NCBI GenBank assembly: GCA_945861645.1
Contig: CAMAVZ010000001.1
Location: forward strand, 77,606-141,605
Reading direction: 5' to 3'
Length of the DNA stretch: 64,000 bases
From: Opitutus sp. GAS368
GTDB taxonomy: Bacteria; Verrucomicrobiota; Verrucomicrobiia; Opitutales; Opitutaceae
Each line of letters opens with the position of its first letter. Within the stretch, counting starts at the first letter, position 1. This document shows positions 47,902-56,400 of the stretch, in pieces. The position numbers were made by a program, and so were the translations under genes. The notes below the pieces were generated by a model. That model made no database searches. It had not been told where the DNA came from and worked only from the letters and a program-made list of their open reading frames with translations.

Positions 47902-48837
47902 CTACCTGGAAGCAGCGGCAGGCATAGGACTCGCCGGTTTGGGGCTTGGGGTGAACGGTTGATTGATCATCGCGCGAGGGGCGACCTGCCGTAAATTCGG
48001 ACTCATGTTAGTGGCGGGGGCATCACCGAGGGCCCACTTGAGGCCGCCGGTCAAAATTTGCTGAAAGATAGTATTAGTCCAGATGTCCTCGCGGTGGCCC
48101 ATCGCGGTGTACCAGACGCGCCCTTGGCCTTCATAGCGGGCCCAAGTATTGGGAAAAGGGGGCCGTTGGTAATCATCGCCCTCGAGGGCGGGATCATTGA
48201 AGACGGTGAGCACATGCAGATCAGCGGCGAAATCTTTCAGTGAATACCACTCCTCCATTAAACTATATTCAGTCCCCACATTTTCAAAGCCGGGGAAGCT
48301 GGGATCGATGACTTGATTGCGGCCGACTTGCTGTTTGCCGTGGCGAATGAATTCCGCCCCGATAAAATGGACATAAGCATCCGCCTGCGCCCCATGATTA
48401 GCAAAACGATCGGGCCCTTTGCCGGCCTCATTGCCCGTGTGAAAGGTGTCGGTCGCGGAGTGCGTACCGACAAAGCCTTTGCCGCTGCGCACAAAATCAA
48501 AAAGCGCTTGCTTGCCGGCGAGGGACATCGGCGGGTTTTTATCAGTGCCTTCCGCGCAAAGATCGCCCGTGGTGTAAAACATCACGGCGTCAAATTGCGC
48601 CAAGTAAGTGGGGGAAAATTTGGAACCATTTTTAGAGAAAACAAATTCCCAATTGTTCGCTGCGCCCAGGGCGAGCAGTTGCTTTTCCGCAAAACTGGGC
48701 GAGCCGTCTTTGTAAGAGATTACGGCATGCTCGTAGCCGGATGATTTAGTGAAAAAAAGAATTTTGCGCGCCGGATGATTCGCGGCGAAACAAGCAGCGG
48801 CGTAGGTGGCGACGAGCAGGCAGAGCAGTGAGCGCAT
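47902..48837 (-). CDS. Secreted ThuA-domain protein
   Basis: Signal peptide; LFFTKSSGYEH, GKGFVGTHSATDT, EEWY, GRVWYTAMGH. Confidence 0.87.
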   Translation of the reverse strand: MRSLLCLLVATYAAACFAANHPARKILFFTKSSGYEHAVISYKDGSPSFAEKQLLALGAANNWEFVFSKNGSKFSPTYLAQFDAVMFYTTGDLCAEGTDKNPPMSLAGKQALFDFVRSGKGFVGTHSATDTFHTGNEAGKGPDRFANHGAQADAYVHFIGAEFIRHGKQQVGRNQVIDPSFPGFENVGTEYSLMEEWYSLKDFAADLHVLTVFNDPALEGDDYQRPPFPNTWARYEGQGRVWYTAMGHREDIWTNTIFQQILTGGLKWALGDAPATNMSPNLRQVAPRAMINQPFTPSPKPASPMPAAASR

Positions 48838-48889
48838 GGGTAGGGGGGATTAATAAAAAAGAGGCTAATTTCTCAGCGTCGTGATCGCG

Positions 48890-49930
48890 TTAATTTTTGG
48901 CCCCGCCGGCATGAGGGGTGGAGGGTGCATGATCGTGCGCATAATGCTCGGCTAACATATCGCGGGCGAAATCGCCGGTAAAATTGCGCCACACGGTATG
49001 AATATGATTGGCGTTGTTTTGCGTGTTGTCGAATTCGATGACGAAGGTCTTGCCCTGGATGCGATAGTAGTGTCCGGCCCGGCGGTCGAGTACTCCGGCC
49101 CAAGCGAAATGGATGCCATCAAGATCGGCGGTGGCGAGTGCGGGGGCGGCGATTGCTGTTCGGTAACGATCAAAATAAAGCTGGAGTAAGGCGCGGAGTT
49201 GTTGGCGTTGAGTGGGGGTCAGGGCCGTGGCTGCCAGACCGAGGGGAGCCAGGGGCTCGACGCGCACTCGGTTGCCAGTCGCGATGTCATGCGGGGCGGT
49301 GGCGGCGATCACGGCGCTCGCTCGCTGGGTCGCATCAAGCGAATTGACGAATTCTAGGGCCAGATCCTCTTCGGCTGCTAGCACACGCGTACCGAGTTGT
49401 GGGCCCGTGCGGACTTCAGCCGGATTGGTGCCAAAAAATGAGGGGGTGACGACGATATGCTCAGCATCAGGGATCGTGAAATTGAGCGACAGATGATGGC
49501 CTTCAAAGCGCCAACCCCAGGGCGGGTGCCCGGGGTCGCTAAAAAGTGTCACATAGTAAAGAGTCGGATCGCGGCGAAGGGGATCATGCTCCATCTCGCG
49601 GAGTACATTTTCGAGGGTGATAATCGTCTCCGCCTGCAGCGATCCGCGCTGACTTAGACCGGAACGCAAGAGGGTGTGCGCGAGTTCTTGCTGGGCAAGG
49701 GTCATGTCTTTGAGCGGTAAACCGAGCCGTTTGGCAGGCACAAAAGACCAGTGCGTGCGCTCAGGGGCCGTGAGGGGAAAGATGGTGCGCGTTCGTTGCG
49801 CTGGGTCGAGGGCGGTCAGAAAATTCTGGGCAGCCGTGGCCATCGCGCTGCTCGCGTCGTGTCCACGCAGAGCAATGACCGTTGATAGCATCGCGCCAAT
49901 AGCGAGGCCGCGGTGGAGGGTAAGGCGCAT
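48890..49930 (-). CDS. DUF3500-family secreted protein
   Basis: Signal peptide; AA..FL..L, ER..W.FVP, WGWRFEGHHLSLNF, IEFDNTQ..ANHIHTVWR. Confidence 0.85.
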   Translation of the reverse strand: MRLTLHRGLAIGAMLSTVIALRGHDASSAMATAAQNFLTALDPAQRTRTIFPLTAPERTHWSFVPAKRLGLPLKDMTLAQQELAHTLLRSGLSQRGSLQAETIITLENVLREMEHDPLRRDPTLYYVTLFSDPGHPPWGWRFEGHHLSLNFTIPDAEHIVVTPSFFGTNPAEVRTGPQLGTRVLAAEEDLALEFVNSLDATQRASAVIAATAPHDIATGNRVRVEPLAPLGLAATALTPTQRQQLRALLQLYFDRYRTAIAAPALATADLDGIHFAWAGVLDRRAGHYYRIQGKTFVIEFDNTQNNANHIHTVWRNFTGDFARDMLAEHYAHDHAPSTPHAGGAKN

Positions 49931-50098
49931 GGAGCGAGATTCCTGAAAGCTGACTCGGCGGCAAGGGAGGAAATACCGCCAGGCCAGGCCTCCTTTAGCA
50001 TTTATTACATGGGGCGGGCGCACGGCTTGGGGCGTTTAGCTGAGGCGCGCCTTGCTATTGCGCATCAAGAAAAACCAACTCTGAGATCGGTGCCCCGC

Positions 50099-52849
50099 TC
50101 AGGTGGTCAGGCCAAGCAGGCCGCGGGTAAGTTGGAAATCGACGAAGCCCTGAGCGTTTGAAGCGGTGAGGCGATCGCTCTGCGCGGTGGCAATGATTAT
50201 GCGCATCAGATCAGCTACATCCGCCGCCGAGTTACCGCTGAGAAAGAGATCGATGTCATCAGCGGGGATGATGCCGCGTTGCGAGGGTTCAGCCCCTTGG
50301 ATGACGGGCAACAAGGGATGGCCCTGCTGGGCGTGGGCGTGGGCGATACTGAGGCCGAGATGGGCGCCATTACCACCGAAGCCGGTGAGATTTTCGACCC
50401 AGTGATCGGTCTCGCTCGCGGCGATGTGAAAGCCTGCCAGTGTGATCGGCTCCCCGTAGGCGATGGTGGCACGCGGGGCAATTGCGCCGAGGGTTGCTGA
50501 TAAAAAAATGGCATTGGTCAGCAAGGGGTCGCTTTCAGCCATGACAATAGACCCACCTGCGCCGACAACCGTTTGGACGATAGCCGCGAGGCTCGCGGCG
50601 GTAGCTGAGGTTACCTCAGCTGCTGTGAGCAGGCTGAGAGTGAGGGCGCCGAAGTTTACGACGCTGGCTTCTGCGGGCGGCAGCGTCGCTATTTTTTCGT
50701 CGAACCAGCGATCGATCTGCCCAATAGCTTTTTCCATGCCTCCGTCGAGTTGCACGCTAGCCCAACCGAATTGAGTCAGCGGAATACCGGCGAGATTGAG
50801 TTGATGGCGCATCACATCGTTGGGGATTTTTTCACAACCGTGTTCTAGGAGGAGAGCGGCGGCGACGTTGGGATGCAGCAGATATCCGCGGTAGGTGCGT
50901 TGCAAAAGCTGATACATAGTATCGCCCCCAAAGCCGCAGCCTTCCGTGTGCGCGAGCGCGATAAAACGTGAAATGCCCTGCGCGCGGCCGGCGTGGCGCG
51001 CGTTGAGCCGCTCGGCCGCAATTCGTGCGATCTGTCCCGCGCATAGGCTCGTGGGTAGAACCAGGCCCACGCGTTCAGTGGCAAAGCGTGAGCCCACGCG
51101 AAAGGCTTTGAGCGTTGCGTCCGGCGATCGGATGGCTGCACCCGATTGACCGACTGGCGCCGCGAGCGTATCGGGTCGTAAGAGCGGCTCACCGGTAGGG
51201 ATCGGTCGAGCGTTTAAGTCGGCGAGTTGGGCGGTGTCGGTCTGGCGCCAATTTCGCCACAGCGACACCTGGGCGTGTCCCGCGTGCTCCCCTTTGGTTT
51301 TCTGCCCCGAGGCGGTAGCGATGAGTTGTTCGAACGCCTCAGCCGCTAGGGCGGACATGGATTCACCGTCAAGGTAGCGACCAGCGTTGATATCCATTTC
51401 ATGCAGCAGCAAATGATGGCGGCGAGTCGTTGTCGTTATTTTTAAGGTTGGGGTAAATGGAAAATTAGTGACGGACCCATTGCCGGTAACAAAAACAATT
51501 AAATTACAGCCAGCGCCAACCTGGCCGGCGATACCCTCAAGGTCGTTCCCCGGACCGTTCATAAAGGTGAACCCAGGTTCAGGAATTTCCCTGAGCGGCT
51601 GAGCATAATCGATCACCGTGTCGAGGCGGGTGCGCGGATCTTTTTTCTGTACCGCGCCCAGCGATTTTATGGCAATATTGTACAGCCCGCGGAAGCGATT
51701 GCCGGCGGAAGGATTGCTCTCGGGGGTGAGCCCATGCCAGTTAAGTTTATCTCGAAAACCGTCGAGTTGGGCGATAAATGAACGCGCGGTGGCGAGGTCA
51801 CGGACGTTCGCGAGCAGGTAGCCCTCTGCACCCATTGCCTCGTCAGATTCAGTCATGACCGCAGTGCCGCCGTGACGAATAAGTTCATGGACCATCGCCC
51901 CCGCTAGAGGATTTCCCGATATGCCTGAAAATGCGTCCGATCCGCCGCACTGCAGCGCGACTCGCAGGCCGCTGAGCGGCTCAGCCGTGCGCCGCAGCGC
52001 CGCGACTGGCGGTAGCCAGCGGCGGACAATATTTTCCCCCGCCGCTAGACCCGCCGCTAGACCTTGGTTGAGGGTGAGAAATTCATGGAGGACATGATCA
52101 AGCGGATAGCGATGGGCGCGCATGAAGTCGCGGAGGCGTGCGTTAGTGATGGGCTCGACGCCGTAGTCGATCGCGAGGACCGCACTAACATTCGGGTGAA
52201 CCATAAAGCCCGCCAGCGCCCGCAGAATTTCGGTCGTGTTATTGGGCTCATGTTGGCCACCGCCCTCCGTGTGGGCAATGGCGACAATTCCGTCGATTGT
52301 CGGGTGAACTCGCGCCAGTGGCTGCAGGCGAGCGACGAGTTGTCGGGCGAAGCTGGCCGTGCGTGAAGTGGTGCCAATGACTACGATGAAATTACGGGTT
52401 CCGACGCCCCGTGGCCCTGGACGGCGGTACCCAGCAAAAGTGCGCGGTTGCGCGACTCGCTCAACTGGTGGGGCCGCTCTCAGGGTGCTTTCGTCGAGTC
52501 GGTAATGCTCCAAGGAATCTCGAAAATTTGCCACCGTTGGTAATTGGGCGCCTGCAAGTTGACGGACCGCGAGGCTCGTAAGCATCGTTTCATTAGAGAC
52601 GTAGTCGCCTGGGGCGATCGCCCTGACAGCATGTGCGAATGCTAGACCCCACGATAATAGCGGTTCGCCCGATTCAATTGCGCGCACCGCGAAGCGATGG
52701 CCTTCCAGTACCGTGTAAGGCAGCGACTGCGAACCGTGGGGCAGCGCGATTACTTCACCTGCTTCAAGGCGGCGGGTCGCGATTGCTACGTTGTCCGCTG
52801 GGTTAGGTAGCCGAGCGATGGCCTCAAGGGTTAGAGGAAGGTTAGGCAT
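50099..52849 (-). CDS. UxaA/GarD-family sugar-acid dehydratase with an internal duplication (SAF domain plus two catalytic-region copies)
   Basis: DNVAIA/GHRFA SAF domain, GVGTRN, LQCGGSD, NPSAGN, KSLG; second copy LPTSLC/HTEGCG/HPNV/HGCEK; 916 aa. Confidence 0.88.
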   Translation of the reverse strand: MPNLPLTLEAIARLPNPADNVAIATRRLEAGEVIALPHGSQSLPYTVLEGHRFAVRAIESGEPLLSWGLAFAHAVRAIAPGDYVSNETMLTSLAVRQLAGAQLPTVANFRDSLEHYRLDESTLRAAPPVERVAQPRTFAGYRRPGPRGVGTRNFIVVIGTTSRTASFARQLVARLQPLARVHPTIDGIVAIAHTEGGGQHEPNNTTEILRALAGFMVHPNVSAVLAIDYGVEPITNARLRDFMRAHRYPLDHVLHEFLTLNQGLAAGLAAGENIVRRWLPPVAALRRTAEPLSGLRVALQCGGSDAFSGISGNPLAGAMVHELIRHGGTAVMTESDEAMGAEGYLLANVRDLATARSFIAQLDGFRDKLNWHGLTPESNPSAGNRFRGLYNIAIKSLGAVQKKDPRTRLDTVIDYAQPLREIPEPGFTFMNGPGNDLEGIAGQVGAGCNLIVFVTGNGSVTNFPFTPTLKITTTTRRHHLLLHEMDINAGRYLDGESMSALAAEAFEQLIATASGQKTKGEHAGHAQVSLWRNWRQTDTAQLADLNARPIPTGEPLLRPDTLAAPVGQSGAAIRSPDATLKAFRVGSRFATERVGLVLPTSLCAGQIARIAAERLNARHAGRAQGISRFIALAHTEGCGFGGDTMYQLLQRTYRGYLLHPNVAAALLLEHGCEKIPNDVMRHQLNLAGIPLTQFGWASVQLDGGMEKAIGQIDRWFDEKIATLPPAEASVVNFGALTLSLLTAAEVTSATAASLAAIVQTVVGAGGSIVMAESDPLLTNAIFLSATLGAIAPRATIAYGEPITLAGFHIAASETDHWVENLTGFGGNGAHLGLSIAHAHAQQGHPLLPVIQGAEPSQRGIIPADDIDLFLSGNSAADVADLMRIIIATAQSDRLTASNAQGFVDFQLTRGLLGLTT

Positions 52850-52966
52850 AAAAAATATAAAACAGACAATATTTTCAGGAACGTAAAATAACTTTACAGT
52901 GCGAAGTAGAAGGCACGAGCCTCGGTTGCAGGGCTAGCTAGCTTATAATCCGCAAGCACTGAGCCG

Positions 52967-54262
52967 TTAATGGGCGGTGCGCTCGCCGCGGCGCTGCTCC
53001 GGCCAAGTTAAGGCGAATAATGCCGCGAGGAGTGGCAGTATGCCGGCGACTAAAATCATCGGCGCGAATTTGCCCATCGCGTGGGCATGCGTGTCGGCAT
53101 AACGGCCGACCAAGGGATGCAGCTGCGAATTGAGCAACCAAGCGGTGGCGCCGATCAACCCAAGGCACTTCGAAGTGTGGCCAGGAGGGATATCCTGCAC
53201 GAATGCATAGAACATCGCAAAAACTCCCATCAGGCCCGCCCCCACTAAGCAGTAGAGTGGAACTAGCAGGGCGCGACTTGGTATAAAAGCCACTGGGGTG
53301 GCTAGTAGGCAGAGGCCGGCCGCGGCTAGCACAACCAGTTTGCGTGTTCGCTCAATTGAGCGCTCGGGGGTGACGAGTCGCCGCGCAATATAACCGATCG
53401 CAATGCTACCCACATCGGCCGTGAGATAGAACGCAATCAGCAGATACTGCAGCTGCTGATCCGTGAAATGCAAATCAACCACCAGATGGCGGGGCAGCCA
53501 GACCCGATAAAAATGCCAGCTAATGTTCACGGCGAGTCCCACCGCCATCGTAATCCAGAAAATGCGGAGGAGGAAAATTTCGCGAAACGGGATGACTACG
53601 GCTTCGTTCTCCGCTTGCGGCGCAGGTAGGGCAATCTCCGCGCCTCGTGCGCCCCGCGTGCCCCAAAGCCACAGCACCACCCAAATCGCCCCAGCGGCCC
53701 CCGTGAGCATAAATAACTGCCGCCAGCCTTCGCCGTGCGGTCCGACCAGCCCCAAGACCATTAACGGCGTCAATACCGCGCCTAACGTCATGCCGCTATT
53801 AAAAATTCCATTGGCCAATCCTTGTGCTTCCCGTGGGATTATCCGCCGAATAATATTGACCGCCACCGGCCAGTTAAAGGCTTCGCCTGCGCCGAGGATC
53901 GCGCGGCAAATTTGCAACTGGAGGAGAGTTTGCGCGAACCCTGTGGCGAAACCTGCCACGGACCAGACCAATAAAGCGATCGCATAGAGCCAGCGCAGAT
54001 TCCAGCGGTCAGCCATAAAGCCCGCCACAATTACGAAGGCGGCATACGAATAGCCAAACACGGCTTCTAATTTACCGTAACCTTCCTCGTTTAAGTGAAA
54101 GTCTGCCTTGATGTAGGTGGCCAGCGACCCGAGAGTCTGCCGGTCCATATAATTTACCACGGTGGCGAGGAGCAGCATCATCACGATCCCCCATTTCCAA
54201 GTAGCAATAGCGGCTTTGCTCGGAGGGGTCGAATGATTGCTGCCGGGGGATGCTATGTTCAC
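52967..54262 (-). CDS. ExuT-like hexuronate/sugar-acid MFS transporter
   Basis: ATVVNYMDRQTL, RAILGAGEAFNWP, ANGIFNSG, WLP. Confidence 0.82.
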   Translation of the reverse strand: MNIASPGSNHSTPPSKAAIATWKWGIVMMLLLATVVNYMDRQTLGSLATYIKADFHLNEEGYGKLEAVFGYSYAAFVIVAGFMADRWNLRWLYAIALLVWSVAGFATGFAQTLLQLQICRAILGAGEAFNWPVAVNIIRRIIPREAQGLANGIFNSGMTLGAVLTPLMVLGLVGPHGEGWRQLFMLTGAAGAIWVVLWLWGTRGARGAEIALPAPQAENEAVVIPFREIFLLRIFWITMAVGLAVNISWHFYRVWLPRHLVVDLHFTDQQLQYLLIAFYLTADVGSIAIGYIARRLVTPERSIERTRKLVVLAAAGLCLLATPVAFIPSRALLVPLYCLVGAGLMGVFAMFYAFVQDIPPGHTSKCLGLIGATAWLLNSQLHPLVGRYADTHAHAMGKFAPMILVAGILPLLAALFALTWPEQRRGERTAH

Positions 54263-54564
54263 GGGGTCGGTTTTTTGGAGCGAGTTAAGGTCACCTCATC
54301 GCAGTCATTCTTAGTGGCCATGCGGCAAAATAGAAAGTGGCGGCAGGCAATTTTTGCCTAGGGCTTGCCCGAGGCCATCATGCTAGAATATTCAGTTGCC
54401 TAGTGAATGCTTAATGCTGATCGCGTGGGGTGCCGAGAAGATACAAATTGGTAGCGGGTTGGCGCTCAAATAGCGAGGGTGAGAATAAATTAATTTTCAG
54501 CTGTAGGGTAATAAAATGATCAAGGGAATTTTTTCTTGCGCACCCATGCTGGCGCGACCTGCCG

Positions 54565-54594
54565 TTGACAGGCTTAGTCGGTTGGCGGCACGTT
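54565..54594 (+). promoter_or_regulatory. Sigma70-like promoter for trmL
   Basis: Perfect TTGACA, 18-nt spacer, then CACGTT ending 10 nt before the ATG. Confidence 0.4.
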
Positions 54595-54604
54595 AAGCCC
54601 TATC

Positions 54605-55072
54605 ATGATTCACGTGGTGCTTTTTAATCCGCAGATTCCCCCGAACACGGGGAACATTGGGCGCATGTGCGCGGTGAGTGGGTGCCGCTTGCACCTGATT
54701 CATCCTTTGGGTTTTGCGATCACCGATAAAAATCTCAAGCGAGCGGGCATGGATTATTGGCATTCGCTCGATGTGCATGAGCACGCGGATTGGGCGGCTT
54801 TTAAGGCTAGTCCGGCAGCTCCGCAGCGCTTGTGGCTTTTCACGACCCACGCCCAACAGTCTTTTTGGGCGGTTAATTATACGGCGGGGGATGGCTTGGT
54901 GTTTGGCAATGAGGAAGCGGGCGCCCCTGATTGGCTGCATACAGAATTTGGCGCAACGCAACGCGTGAAGATCCCCCACGGCAATGCCGCGTTGCGTTCA
55001 CTGAATCTTTCGACGGCCGCCGGGATCGCCACCTACGAGGCCTTGCGGCAAACCGGCGGTCCGCTGGGCTAA
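54605..55072 (+). CDS. trmL: tRNA (cytidine/uridine-34 2'-O)-methyltransferase TrmL
   Basis: PQIPPNTGNIGR, LKRAGMDYW, FGNE..G, RSLNLS. Confidence 0.93.
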   Translation: MIHVVLFNPQIPPNTGNIGRMCAVSGCRLHLIHPLGFAITDKNLKRAGMDYWHSLDVHEHADWAAFKASPAAPQRLWLFTTHAQQSFWAVNYTAGDGLVFGNEEAGAPDWLHTEFGATQRVKIPHGNAALRSLNLSTAAGIATYEALRQTGGPLG

Positions 55073-55084
55073 GCCCACGGACGT

Positions 55085-56299
55085 TTAGCCGCGGCGAATT
55101 TCTGAACCCTTAAAGCGAATAATTGTCCGGTAAACTTTCTTTACCCGGCAAGTGATCTTGCCGGTTTTAAGATCAAAAGATTCAGGAATTTCAATGCGGT
55201 GTACATCGACCACTGCATGATAACCCCGCTCCGAGAATATATCGATCAGCATGGCCAACGCGTCCGGCTCACTGAGCGCCGGATCCTCACTGTTAATATT
55301 AGAGTGACCCGACAGGGCGTGCCGCGTGACGATCGGCATCATTTTTTTCTCAATCAAGGTAATCACGCGCTGAAAAAGCCCCGGGTTACTGAGCTCATAC
55401 CCATCTAGCCGCTTGACCAATTCCTGTCGCGCATGGACCACAATCTCACTCGCTAGCGGCAGCATACGTAAGCGATCAAACGTGTGCGCATCCAGTTCCA
55501 GCGAGCTTTGGTAATCGAGCTCCCCGACGATATTTTGCTCAACTTCTGCGAACGTGCCTTGCGCGTTGATGAGGTGATAGTGGAAAAGATCTTTTAAGGA
55601 GAGGAGGGCATCCCACGTTTGCTCCTTGAATACCCGGTAACGGCGCCGAGCCAGGGTTTGGTCAAAATCGGTGATCCGCTCTTCTTCCAGCTGACCTTGT
55701 CCACTACGGCGTACCTCAAGATTGTGCGCTTTGACTTTGCGGCCGCGCGTAATTTGCCGCGCCACGCTTTCCTTTTCGTCAACGAATAATACGACGATCT
55801 GCATGACCGGTTGGCGGAAATGAATGGCCAGCGGGGTGCCATAGAATTCGCGCCACAGCTGCGTCATTTTCTCATATAACATCTTCAAGCACTCGACCTG
55901 CACTTTCGTACGCGGAAATCCATCGAGGATAACGCCGTCGCGATATTCAGCTTTGAGCAAGCGGCGCAGCAGGACTGCCAGCACCTCGCGATCGCCAATC
56001 ATGCTGCCCGCGTCCTTGATTTTTTTCATCTCCGGCTTGTCGAGCAGCGAGCTCATCACGATCGGCCCACACGTCAGCCCACGGATCTTGGCAATAAACG
56101 CCGTATTGGTGCCCTTACCTGCACCAGGCGCGCCGCCGAGCAGAATGATTTCCTTGGGGAAGCGCAGGTGGGAGCGCCCAAAATGGGCTTCGAGGTCAGC
56201 CCAAATTGGCCCAAAAATAATCCGCGCGTCCTTGATTTCCAAGTCAGGCGAAGGCGTTGGGCTGCTGGCGGGAGGGGAATTTTTCTGAATTTCGCTCAT
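55085..56299 (-). CDS. Adenylate/nucleoside monophosphate kinase family protein, long form
   Basis: GGAPGAGKGT P-loop and LDGFPRT; N- and C-terminal extensions; 404 aa. Confidence 0.82.
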   Translation of the reverse strand: MSEIQKNSPPASSPTPSPDLEIKDARIIFGPIWADLEAHFGRSHLRFPKEIILLGGAPGAGKGTNTAFIAKIRGLTCGPIVMSSLLDKPEMKKIKDAGSMIGDREVLAVLLRRLLKAEYRDGVILDGFPRTKVQVECLKMLYEKMTQLWREFYGTPLAIHFRQPVMQIVVLFVDEKESVARQITRGRKVKAHNLEVRRSGQGQLEEERITDFDQTLARRRYRVFKEQTWDALLSLKDLFHYHLINAQGTFAEVEQNIVGELDYQSSLELDAHTFDRLRMLPLASEIVVHARQELVKRLDGYELSNPGLFQRVITLIEKKMMPIVTRHALSGHSNINSEDPALSEPDALAMLIDIFSERGYHAVVDVHRIEIPESFDLKTGKITCRVKKVYRTIIRFKGSEIRRG

Positions 56300-56400
56300 G
56301 CTAAAGCGAGTAGACTAGAGGCAGGGCCGCGGCGGAGGCGACAATATTTACGATTGGCTGCCTGCTCGCCCTGGGCTGCGGCGCTGATTAACCCCTTGGT

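Noticed and set aside
52883-52897. GTAAA-ATAAC-TTTAC inverted repeat upstream of the double UxaA gene
   Set aside because: Only 5-bp arms in an AT-rich spacer, and I saw no second copy; it cannot be told from chance.
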